Part shown: one piece after another, positions 50,464-59,921 of the stretch
Numbering within the stretch: the first letter of the stretch is position 1
Layout: the number at the start of each line of letters is the position of its first letter
From: Candidatus Zhuqueibacterota bacterium
Lineage (GTDB): Bacteria; Zhuqueibacterota; Zhuqueibacteria; Thermofontimicrobiales; Thermofontimicrobiaceae
DNA length: 64,000 nt
Assembly: GCA_049322915.1 (NCBI GenBank)
Contig: JBMOPW010000003.1
Span: forward strand, 100,318 to 164,317
Direction: 5' to 3'
Notes under the pieces: generated by a model
Told to the model about the DNA's origin: nothing
Database searches by the model: none
Seen by the model: only the letters and a program-made list of their open reading frames with translations
Made by a program: the position numbers and the translations under genes

Positions 50464-53322
50464 TTATCTCACAATTACTATTTTTTTAATGGTAGATAAT
50501 TCCTGATCAGCGCCCACGATTCGTCCAAACATCTTGACGAAATAGGTGCCGCTGCTCACGGCGTCCCCATTTTGATCTTTCATATCCCACCAGTTATCGG
50601 CAAGGCTGAACTGGTTGAGCGGAATGGGATAGCTGTTGTAGAATCTCAACCGGGAACCGTCGATCTCGCGGATTTTCTGTCCGGCCAAATTATAAATTTC
50701 GATGCGCGGAATCATCAAATCGCCAATGGAAGAAGAGGCCCTGATTCGAAGGATGGAATGCCGGTCGCCATAGAACGGATTGGGCGCCACGTCAAAATGC
50801 AGCGGGCCGCCGCCAAGATTCCACAGGGTGTCCGGCAATGAGGACGCCTGTCGGACCTGGAGGATGGGGAGCTGGTTGATGCTGTCATCGTAATTGATAC
50901 CAATTTTACTGCCGGCAACGGTTTGAATTACACCGTCATTGTTGACCTGAGTCGTGTTGAGCTGCAGCGGCAATCCGGCGATGGACAGGAATTCACCGGA
51001 TTGATAGCTGCCGACGGAATCCGGCATTTCCACCAGGAGCACTTCTTCCTGGTCATTGGTCCCGTGATCAAAAGCTATGATCGCCAGCGTATCCCGCGCC
51101 GGAGAGAGATTCTGGTCGTATTCATTGAGTATCCGAACGAACACGGTATCGCCGATGGAGGCGGAATCAATCACGGCATGGTTCTGATTTTCAAATTGGA
51201 TGAAGCCGGCGGTATCCTCGATGATCATCACGCTGTCGCTGACAACATCCAGCAATGTCGTGGGATCGGAATAGCGCACCACCAGCGTATCCCGATTAAA
51301 AACTTCCAGGTACCCATTTTCAGCGATCGGGACGCCGGTCTTCAAAATGATCGCCGGGATGCTCGGTTGCAGCAAATAGCCGCCGCCTGTCTGACGCGTC
51401 AGATTCACTCGTTGATTGTCGCCGCTGAGCAGAGCGTGCACATCCAGGGAAACGGCGTCCAGTATCTGCTCGAAATTCTGGTCGCTGAGAAAAATGGTCA
51501 CGCGATCGATATATTGCTGGCCGGGCTGAAAACTCTCGGACACGCGGTAATAGTCCGTGGAATTTTTGTCCGCATCGACAAAAGAAATCGCTGCAGCCGT
51601 GGCCGGAGTTGCATCCCAGGTAATTGTCCAATCCTGCAATTTTGGGGTCACTGCGGGAAAATCCGAAGTGAAACTGGCTTTGAGTTGAATGCTCTGCACC
51701 CCCTTCAAACTTTCCACGGTTGAAAGATCGACAATTTTTGTCTCGTACGCAGCATCCGTGAAATCGCTGACTAAGGTTTCGCCTGTTGCAGCGTTCACAA
51801 CGCCAAAATTAATGTGAGCATCTTTCCGATACGACGCTTTATCAGGCAGAATTGAATTGATCGTCAAAGTCTTCCACCTGGTAATGATATATTCTTCCGG
51901 GTCGCGTATTTGTTCGCTGACCATGAGCCCGACCACATCTGTGTCATAATATTTATAGGTGACTCTCACATTGTCGAGACTCGGTGTATACAGTGGATTG
52001 GAAGTTTCCAGGACAGCCAGGAATTGATAGAAACGATGGCCACTGTGGACAGAATTGATTGGAGTCATTGTCTGTGTGTAATAGTCATTCGTCCCGGTCG
52101 GACCATAATAGGGTGCAGTCTCCAGAGCAGCCAGGTTGTTCTCGGATCGTATCTGCAGCTTGATGGATGTGACGCCGGGAATTGTGTCGCCGGACCAGAA
52201 CAGCGAATCGAAGCGGACTTCCTGTCCGAGGTCCCGAAATTCTGAAGAATCAGCCGTCGACGTATAGCCAATTCGGGATGGAAGATTTTTGGTAACGATG
52301 AGTGATTTGTTACTGTTCATTCGATCCGCATCTTTTAATTCAGACAAACTTCGGCTGAATTGCCAGACAATATTTCCGGCTCCATTGACTTCGATCAAAC
52401 GATTGTTGCCGTTATCGCAGATGAGGATATTGCCATTAGCCAAAACATCCGCATCGTTGGGAAGGTTCAATCCGGCGTTCCCGCTCGACGGCAAGCCTGT
52501 GCCAAATTGCCACGAGATGGCATTGGTCTGACGGTTCACTTTGATGACGCGATGTTTGCCCTGATCCGTGATGAGCACCTCCTGCGTCGCGGGAATGTAT
52601 TCCACATCCACAGGGTTGTTCAATTCACCCAGGCCCCAGCTCCAAACGATGGACTTATTGAATTCACGGACGAATATCACGCGGTTGTTGCCTTTATCGC
52701 AGATGACAATGAATCCTGAATCCGGAATGGCAACTGCGTCAGCCGGGTTGCGCAACTGATTATAACCACTACCTTCGGTTTCATCGCCATATTGCCATTC
52801 GATAGAGCTATTCTCTCGGATGACTTTGATGACGCGATGGCGACCCTGGTCTGTGATTAAAACCCTGCGGATATCGTCCTGAATGTACATATAGGAATCG
52901 ACGGGTCTTTCCAGATATTTATCGGTTCCCAGCTCTCCTTTAAATTCCCAGACGACTTCGGGATTGGTAATATCCGGATCCAGCTCGATGACGCGCCTTC
53001 CGCTGCCGTCGGTGACCAGATAGAGATCAGAATTCAGAAACGGGCGATAATCGATATCCTCCGCGGACAGGAGTGATATTTCCGCCGGCCACGACCAATC
53101 CAGACCATAAAGCATCAACTGGTATCCTGCCGGTTCTTCGTATGCCCCGTAAATTGGCGTTAATCTGACGATCGAATCAACGCTGACATGAACGGCTTCG
53201 CTAATTCGATTAAAGGCCGGGACACCGTCGATCCAGCTTCTCGATAAAACGGTTTGAGACCATCCTTCTGCTGTTGCAAAAAGCAGGCAGGTAAAAATGA
53301 TTCGTACAATAATTTTTTTCAT
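50464..53322 (-). CDS. secreted NHL-like beta-propeller protein with FlgD-Ig/T9SS-like C-terminal domain
   Basis: Repeats LxxPxD...LITDQGxHRVIKV...WQYG; C-terminal APNPF...WDMKD...SSGTYF. Confidence 0.85.
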   Translation of the reverse strand: MKKIIVRIIFTCLLFATAEGWSQTVLSRSWIDGVPAFNRISEAVHVSVDSIVRLTPIYGAYEEPAGYQLMLYGLDWSWPAEISLLSAEDIDYRPFLNSDLYLVTDGSGRRVIELDPDITNPEVVWEFKGELGTDKYLERPVDSYMYIQDDIRRVLITDQGRHRVIKVIRENSSIEWQYGDETEGSGYNQLRNPADAVAIPDSGFIVICDKGNNRVIFVREFNKSIVWSWGLGELNNPVDVEYIPATQEVLITDQGKHRVIKVNRQTNAISWQFGTGLPSSGNAGLNLPNDADVLANGNILICDNGNNRLIEVNGAGNIVWQFSRSLSELKDADRMNSNKSLIVTKNLPSRIGYTSTADSSEFRDLGQEVRFDSLFWSGDTIPGVTSIKLQIRSENNLAALETAPYYGPTGTNDYYTQTMTPINSVHSGHRFYQFLAVLETSNPLYTPSLDNVRVTYKYYDTDVVGLMVSEQIRDPEEYIITRWKTLTINSILPDKASYRKDAHINFGVVNAATGETLVSDFTDAAYETKIVDLSTVESLKGVQSIQLKASFTSDFPAVTPKLQDWTITWDATPATAAAISFVDADKNSTDYYRVSESFQPGQQYIDRVTIFLSDQNFEQILDAVSLDVHALLSGDNQRVNLTRQTGGGYLLQPSIPAIILKTGVPIAENGYLEVFNRDTLVVRYSDPTTLLDVVSDSVMIIEDTAGFIQFENQNHAVIDSASIGDTVFVRILNEYDQNLSPARDTLAIIAFDHGTNDQEEVLLVEMPDSVGSYQSGEFLSIAGLPLQLNTTQVNNDGVIQTVAGSKIGINYDDSINQLPILQVRQASSLPDTLWNLGGGPLHFDVAPNPFYGDRHSILRIRASSSIGDLMIPRIEIYNLAGQKIREIDGSRLRFYNSYPIPLNQFSLADNWWDMKDQNGDAVSSGTYFVKMFGRIVGADQELSTIKKIVIVR

Positions 53323-53682
53323 ACTCGTTTACTTTTATTAAATTAGACAAATAGTTGATAGCGAATTAAAATGGATTTATCAATGATGTTATATCTACAA
53401 TGAATATAAACAATTTTTCAAAAAAAGCAAGTAGTTTCTTAATTTTGTAGTCACTTAACTCATTATAAATAAATTGAGATAAAACTCAGATGGGAGATAA
53501 CTTTTTTAGGGTCGCGAGAACAACACGTAACTATTTGAAATTCAAATGCTGAGCTGCTGTGTAATTTCATGCGGATTGATCAGAAACTACATGGTGGTGA
53601 TTCCCGGAAAGAAAAAAATGGAAAAGCATACTGCCCAGGCGAATGAAGAGTAAGACGTGCGGGAGGTTCTATGGGAGGAAAA

Positions 53683-53937
53683 TTATTTGATAAATGACCG
53701 AATCAGAATACTAAAAACCACGGAGATTACAAAGATAATAAAATAGAGTCTGACTGTTTTTAAAGTGATCGTCGGGAATGAAATCGAATAACCTTCCCAG
53801 CCGCGATAAGAGCATTCATGACATCGATATGGTTTTTGATGAAGGATGCACTTACGAATTCGTTCCCAGCTGCTTTTAAAATTTGAACTATGATATTTAT
53901 ACGCACCGCATTTTGGACAAGGTATTAGAGATGGCAT
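53683..53937 (-). CDS. small zinc-ribbon membrane-anchored protein, paralogue 1
   Basis: CPKC...YRCHEC plus C-terminal TM helix; GGGAG RBS. Confidence 0.75.
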   Translation of the reverse strand: MPSLIPCPKCGAYKYHSSNFKSSWERIRKCILHQKPYRCHECSYRGWEGYSISFPTITLKTVRLYFIIFVISVVFSILIRSFIK

Positions 53938-54024
53938 ATATGACTCCCGTTTTTTATTGTAAGATAATACGTCGGAGCCAAATATACAAATTAAATATTA
54001 GTAAAATATTATGCTGAGAAATCG

Positions 54025-54279
54025 TTATCGTAATAAATTCCTGATGAGCAGGCTGAACAAAACGGCGACAAAAAAAACACCTACGTAAATAAGCAACTGT
54101 TTTATTGTCACCCTGGGTTTCAAAATGCTGCTGGAAACCCAGCCACGATACCCGCAACTATGGCAGCGATAGGGTCTGCGATTAAAGAGTGTTTTGATAA
54201 ATCGTTCATACGGACTTCTGGTATGGGATTTGTGAAAAGAATATTCACCACATTTAGGACATGGTATCATCGAAGGCAT
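54025..54279 (-). CDS. small zinc-ribbon membrane-anchored protein, paralogue 2
   Basis: CPKC...YRCHSC plus C-terminal TM helix. Confidence 0.75.
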   Translation of the reverse strand: MPSMIPCPKCGEYSFHKSHTRSPYERFIKTLFNRRPYRCHSCGYRGWVSSSILKPRVTIKQLLIYVGVFFVAVLFSLLIRNLLR

Positions 54280-54479
54280 GAGGCAATCCTGATAGTTATC
54301 ACATTTATTTTCTGTGCGGCGAAATATACAAAAAAATTTTTAGAATTGCAACTTTTATTCAGGGATAGTAAAAATTAAAGCAACAATTCAATGCCTGAAT
54401 GTTCTGCAGACCGACTAATCAGGATGCCCGAACCGTTGCAGTTCAATTGCCTCCTCACTTTTCACGCAATATCCATTGA

Positions 54480-54788
54480 ATTATCAATTGATCTTTAAAT
54501 TTTAGGCACGCTCTTTTTTAATCTTTAAAACTTTTTGATTGTCCATCATTTCTTCTTCTTTGATGGAGTAAAAATCTCTGATCAGTTCTTGCGGTAGCTT
54601 TTGCATTCCAATTAACAATCGACATCGATTTTCGTCTACGCCACTCCATTCACATTGTAATTGGCAACTTCTTTCCAACCTCTTAAATTGAAATATCCAA
54701 TGTAGAAATCAGAGCGATGCGATACTTCAAGCGTTTGCTTTAGGGCTTTATCCAGATAGTTATCAATGTTGTCGAATATTTTTAGCAT
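54480..54788 (-). pseudogene. frameshifted 5' remnant of a PLD-domain/SNF2-helicase restriction-type gene
   Basis: MLKIFDNIDNYLDKALKQTLEVSHRSDFYIGYFNLRGWKEV, then frameshift to CRLLIGMQKLP..., then stop. Confidence 0.65.
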
Positions 54789-54816
54789 ATTTTATTCCAT
54801 ATGTATTTTAGTATTT

Positions 54817-54925
54817 AATCGCGGCGCTGACCCGCGAGCACCCTGACTGGGAGTCCCGCATGCGCGGGGGAGCATGGTACTGACGAAGACAGCGCCGCGA
54901 TTCCGCGCGACGCAGTCGCGCGGAA
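54817..54925. repeat. GC-rich nested inverted repeats (REP/MITE-like)
   Basis: AATCGCGGCGCTG...CAGCGCCGCGATT followed by TTCCGCGCGAC-GCA-GTCGCGCGGAA in an AT-rich context. Confidence 0.6.
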
Positions 54926-55077
54926 CAACAAGCTAACCAGCTAACGTTTGAATAATTATAAAAAGCCCGAGTCCGTCAATCGACGGACTCAGGAATCGGA
55001 ACGTGACTTATGCACGGATCAAAAAAATAGTTATGATGATCCGCACATACTTTTAACTCTAAATAAAAATCTTTTAC

Positions 55078-55755
55078 TTATTGATTACCTGATTGCTCTG
55101 CTGGTGCAGCGCCTGGCGACGGCCATTTGCTTTCAAACAGAGCCAGATGTACCGGATCATTTTCAAATAGTATTCTTCCGACCCGGTTAATTTTGATTAT
55201 GGTATCATATAAATTTTTGAATTGCTGGTAACGGTCTTGAGTTGCCTGCCTCTTTACATCTTTTTTGACTTCCTGAACAGAATCTGTTTGTCGCAGATTA
55301 TTTAAAAACTCACTGCCCTGAGCAAGTATCTCCGGCGTTTGACCGAAGTTAGCCAATTCTGCTTTATATTTTTCAGCAAGGCTGATCAAGACTTCCATCA
55401 CTGTCATCATTATGTTTTCACTATTCACTGCATTCTGGAAATCTTTTGATGGAAAAGAGCTTGCCTGAGATGAATTTTTTCCAAATGCCAATTGCAGCCT
55501 CACCCGAAGCTTCCGCCCCCATTGATAGCAGGCATCTAACGCTTCTTCTTTATCGTTTGTGAGATCGCCCAATTCGACTCTATTTTGAGTTTCTCCTGAC
55601 AGCGCTTCAGCCGCCTGAATTTGAGCGTCAAACTGATCAAGCATTACGTTTGTAATTCCGAACTCAGCCAATGCTGTCAGATTGTTACGCGCACTGGTCA
55701 GCGTTGTTTTTGATACAGAAAGAATGGTCTCTTCTGAAAATCTTGGTCTGTTCAT
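55078..55755 (-). CDS. hypothetical alpha-helical protein
   Basis: 225-aa ORF, AAGGAG RBS, downstream hairpin GAGTCCGTC/GACGGACTC. Confidence 0.75.
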   Translation of the reverse strand: MNRPRFSEETILSVSKTTLTSARNNLTALAEFGITNVMLDQFDAQIQAAEALSGETQNRVELGDLTNDKEEALDACYQWGRKLRVRLQLAFGKNSSQASSFPSKDFQNAVNSENIMMTVMEVLISLAEKYKAELANFGQTPEILAQGSEFLNNLRQTDSVQEVKKDVKRQATQDRYQQFKNLYDTIIKINRVGRILFENDPVHLALFESKWPSPGAAPAEQSGNQ

Positions 55756-56118
55756 GTTGGTTCTCCTTGATTTAATATGTTGTGAGTTGAATTACAAAAA
55801 TTTCCATCTATTAAATGATGCAATACATATCAAATCGCTGCGTGAATGTGACCAGATAATTTTTAATTATGCACGGACACCAAGGAATAGCGCTCACTTT
55901 CTAAAACATGCTGATCACTTGCTGCGCGACAGTGCACACTCGCTGCGGAATGGTGCTCACTCGCTGCGGGATAGTGTGCAGTACCTACGCAATGGTGAAC
56001 AGATTATTTTTGCTAATGCACACGCGCTGCGTTTGACAGGCCATTAATTTAAGTGTATTGATCACTAATTTTGCAGTATTGCCAGTTAATTTTTTATGAC
56101 AACCACTGTGTTGATGAT

Positions 56119-56679
56119 TTATTGTTTTTTTAGTAAATGTTTATTTGCAGTCAGGATTTTGACCCTGGAATTTTTAATCCAAAAATCACGATCATCGGTG
56201 ACAATGGCGATACTTTTTTGTTCTGCAAAAACATGATAATAACAGTCATTGAAATCAGACTTACCAATTATAGAAAATAGCTTTTCAACGCTAATAATTG
56301 AAAAATCATCATCAATTTGTTGAGCAAGTTTTAGTATTTGACTTTTTACAGTTGTCATTACTATAGTCATTAAATCACGATATCCTTGTGTTGTCCGAAA
56401 ATCTTTCTTATAATTGTTATATCTGGACGGATTTTTTTTCTTTTTGATGTTAAATTCGAGTCGACAATAGGCATTAAAAAATTCTGACAGGATTAAAGAA
56501 GAAATATAAATAGTTGAATTCGCTTGAATGAGTCGTTTTAAAAATTGATCATAAATTCTGATAATCTTTTTATTGTAATTTCCCAATGGGCAATAAAGAT
56601 ACATCCAAATATTCGTATCAAATAAAAATGGCTCCGATTTTTTAGGGGCATAAGAAGAAATGTCAATAATATTATTCAT
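56119..56679 (-). CDS. PIN-domain ribonuclease
   Basis: FLFDTNIW, ILSEFFN, DFND, IVTDDRDF acidic active-site motifs. Confidence 0.88.
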   Translation of the reverse strand: MNNIIDISSYAPKKSEPFLFDTNIWMYLYCPLGNYNKKIIRIYDQFLKRLIQANSTIYISSLILSEFFNAYCRLEFNIKKKKNPSRYNNYKKDFRTTQGYRDLMTIVMTTVKSQILKLAQQIDDDFSIISVEKLFSIIGKSDFNDCYYHVFAEQKSIAIVTDDRDFWIKNSRVKILTANKHLLKKQ

Positions 56680-57023
56680 CCGTTTAGCTCTTCTTTTATA
56701 CCGTCTTCTACAATTTTTTTATTTTCAAAATAGTCTTTAGCACGATCCACCACTTTTTTAAGAAGTAGCAGATCATCATTATCCATATTTTCTACCCGAA
56801 GATGTTTTCTCAAAAATTGACTCTGGAATTTATTATAAAGTTGCCCAATGGCGGCATTCAGAAATGTTGAGGTAATCAATTCGATATTGTTGAAATCAAG
56901 AGTAAGTAAAACGTTGTTGTTCAAGGCTTTCTTTATTAACCCGAATAATTGCTCACCATCTTCTGAAGAAACAGCGGCAGTGCTGCCAAGTTTTTCAAAG
57001 ATATTAACAGTTAATTCTTTCAT
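56676..57023 (-). CDS. STAS-like domain protein (DUF4325-like)
   Basis: AVSSEDG...LTLDFNNIELITSTFLNAAIGQLY; GAGGAG RBS. Confidence 0.82.
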   Translation of the reverse strand: MKELTVNIFEKLGSTAAVSSEDGEQLFGLIKKALNNNVLLTLDFNNIELITSTFLNAAIGQLYNKFQSQFLRKHLRVENMDNDDLLLLKKVVDRAKDYFENKKIVEDGIKEELNG

Positions 57024-57037
57024 CAATTCTCCTCTCC

Positions 57038-57910
57038 TCAAAATATATTTTCATGGTCTAGTTCTGTGGATAGCAGATATGAACTTTTATCGTCAATATT
57101 AAATTCAAGATTAACAATGGTGCCTGGAAATTCATGTTCAAATGATTGAGTTATTATTTCATTCTCTTTTTGTTCCCAATAACCATCCGCAGAAATAATT
57201 TGTATCTTTCCACAATTTAAAGTAATAAATTCTCTTATAAGTTTCAAGCCTAATCCACCTGGAATTGATCCCGTTTTTGTTGTATTATTTTCCGCAACTG
57301 CCCATTTAATTGCTTGTTTTCCTGATAAGTTATTCCCTAAATATTCAACGACATTCTTTTTAATTGTAACTCCTAAATCTACTACCGTAAAATCGAGTTT
57401 CAGTTTTCTGGGATAATATTGCCCACAACAGAAAATATGCTGACATTGACCATGAGTAACTGCATTATTAAATATTTCAAAAATGCTTTCATTTATTTTC
57501 TTTCTTAGACGATCAGACATTTTGGGCAGCGCCTTCTGCGATAATAATTCACCATCAAGATAGAATTTAAAAAGTTTCTCATCAGTGGATTTGAATTTCG
57601 TGTATTTAACTGTTGTTCGATAATAATCCTGAAGATTAAATCCACCAAAATGGCTTAAAAATTGATTTCGTTGAAACAAAGTTTCTAATGTCGAATTCAG
57701 GTTTCGAATTTTTATAGTATTTAATTCATTTTCGGCACGATTTAATAAGGCGCCCAATATTGCCAGCAGATTTGCCTCAAACCAGCTTGTATTATTAAAA
57801 TCCAGAATTATTTCTTCGAGCCATAGGTTATCTAATTTTTTACAGAAGTCTATTAAAAAATCATAACCATCAAAATTACTTCCTACTGAACTGGGGAGTT
57901 GAATATTCAT
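57038..57910 (-). CDS. GHKL/HATPase_c ATP-binding protein with STAS-like N-terminus
   Basis: N-box EIFNNAVTHG, G1 VVDLG, G2 GGLGL, FPGTIV. Confidence 0.85.
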   Translation of the reverse strand: MNIQLPSSVGSNFDGYDFLIDFCKKLDNLWLEEIILDFNNTSWFEANLLAILGALLNRAENELNTIKIRNLNSTLETLFQRNQFLSHFGGFNLQDYYRTTVKYTKFKSTDEKLFKFYLDGELLSQKALPKMSDRLRKKINESIFEIFNNAVTHGQCQHIFCCGQYYPRKLKLDFTVVDLGVTIKKNVVEYLGNNLSGKQAIKWAVAENNTTKTGSIPGGLGLKLIREFITLNCGKIQIISADGYWEQKENEIITQSFEHEFPGTIVNLEFNIDDKSSYLLSTELDHENIF

Positions 57911-58012
57911 ATATCAAGTACCTTGAAATATTTCGGACTTTAATTATACGCGTTTTATTAAATTCAAAAAAACATATCAATCAAATGATCAGGCAGTTAT
58001 TAACAAAATATC

Positions 58013-58812
58013 CTATTTAATTCTTATCTCAGGTACGTCTTCTCTAAATTCAGGGTCAATCAATGAAATTTGCTTTCTTACAATTTGGCGTTTTTCAATC
58101 GCAGGCTTAAGACAATAATTGTAAAAATCATTTTTGTTGATATCATCAACACTTTCAACATGAGGGAATAATAATTTTAAGTAAGCACTTGCTAACTTAA
58201 TTATAGCATTTGTATCTCTTTTATCCGCTCCTTTTGGAATATCGAGCAGTTCACTAACTATAAATGTATACTTAGGGGTACTTCTAAGTGTATGCAATAT
58301 TTCCGAAAAATATTCAACATTTAGTGTATACCCTTTAACAATGAGATCTTCATTTACTCGAATTAATTTCCAGCCTTCTAAAAAACCATGGAAACGATCT
58401 AACAAGGCAGACGATTGAAAAAATTTGGGCAGTGTTATGAAATATTTATTATGTACTGGAATCATACTACTTGTGAGCTGAATATTTCCAAGTAGCATCA
58501 TACCTGCTGATGAAATACCATTGTAATTAGCTACTGTAAATTTTCCAGATTCCAAATAATTTTTTAGAGCTCCCTGCAATTCATTCTCATCTGAAAATTT
58601 AATTGTTTCAATTTCATCTAAAGTTACAAAATCATATTTTTCAATTATTCCAGATGCTCTCTGTGCAACATCATAAAATAGTTTTGCTCTCGATACAATT
58701 CCGCCGCTAAACATCCAATTGTATTTACTTAAATTTCCAAAAATATATGATTTTCCAGTTCCCTTTGGAGCGAGTTCAATAATATTGAGGTTAGGTTCTA
58801 AAAATGAAAATA
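58013..58812 (-). pseudogene. brxL: 5'-truncated BREX BrxL-like AAA+ ATPase (no Lon protease domain)
   Basis: Frame extends upstream of the called Met through LEPNLNIIELAPKGTGKSYIFGNLS to an in-frame TAA with no start codon; DEI Walker B, SALLDRFHGF. Confidence 0.75.
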
Positions 58813-58873
58813 ATAATTACACTTTAATTAACTTATAATAACTGGCGGAATGTATTGATTAAAAGCTATCTAA

Positions 58874-59749
58874 TTAATAGTACCCCTTTCCAGGTATTAC
58901 ATGCCTTACTCCACCTCTAGGATTTTCGACATCATTTTTATAGCGTGGAATTAAATGGATATGAACATGATGAATTGTCTGACCTGCTTCTTGATTAATG
59001 TTTATACCAATATTATATCCGTTTGGTTTAAATTTTATATCTAATTTTTGTTTCACCCTATCAACTATCAACCAGCAAGCCCTTTTAGAATGTTCCGATA
59101 GATCAAAATAGTTTGGAATATGATCTTTGGGAATAATCAATGAATGTCCTTTGGAAACAGGATAATTATCATATATTGCGTATGCAGTAGCAGATTCAGT
59201 AATTAATTTAGTTTGATTGGAAAGATTGCAAAAAGGACAATCATTATTTAAGCCAGAATTTAATCTATTAACATGCTGATATTCATAAATTTCACAAAAA
59301 TTTGTTTTAAGGATACTTTTATAAGGTAAGATTACATTACATTGATATGTTTTTACTTTGTGTATATAATGATTTCTATAGCCAACTTTTTTTAAATCTC
59401 TTCTAACGGCAAAATATGCCTTACCACTTGGTTTCAATAATTCAGACACTGCCATTAAGACGTTCATTTGTTCAATAGGTAGAAGAACATTGAGTACGTA
59501 AATGCATATAATTGTATCGAATTTATCAACAGGATATTTTGGTAAATAATACGGATCGTATCCAGTTACATCTATTTGATTAGATTTTAAGAATGTTACA
59601 TCAGCTCCCAGACCACAACCGAAATCTAAAGTTTTTCCATTTATTAAATTTTTAGAAAATAAATTCCTTGTTGGAAAGGATACTTTATCTCTTTGCTTAA
59701 CTGTTAGATGAGAATGTGGATTTTCTGGCGATTGATAAATATTTTCCAT
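58874..59749 (-). CDS. class I SAM-dependent methyltransferase fused to HIT-family hydrolase
   Basis: LDFGCGLG, GYDPYY, YVLNV; CPFC...YPVSKGH...AGQTIHHVHIHLIPR. Confidence 0.9.
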   Translation of the reverse strand: MENIYQSPENPHSHLTVKQRDKVSFPTRNLFSKNLINGKTLDFGCGLGADVTFLKSNQIDVTGYDPYYLPKYPVDKFDTIICIYVLNVLLPIEQMNVLMAVSELLKPSGKAYFAVRRDLKKVGYRNHYIHKVKTYQCNVILPYKSILKTNFCEIYEYQHVNRLNSGLNNDCPFCNLSNQTKLITESATAYAIYDNYPVSKGHSLIIPKDHIPNYFDLSEHSKRACWLIVDRVKQKLDIKFKPNGYNIGININQEAGQTIHHVHIHLIPRYKNDVENPRGGVRHVIPGKGYY

Positions 59750-59921
59750 TCGTGCTTACTTTTAATATAGTTAGACATATTTTATTGTAACCGATCACAG
59801 ACACCATAACAGATAACGTGAAACGCGTTTTCAGTTAATTAAAAAACTAAAAATAATTTTTTTATTTGTAAAAAGAACATTATAGAAGTACGTAGCACGT
59901 TTACCTTGTGATCTCTTACAT

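Noticed and set aside
1069..52759. Numerous 60-340 aa ORFs antisense to or overlapping the called genes
   Set aside because: Shadow ORFs of GC-rich coding sequence with no motifs or RBS
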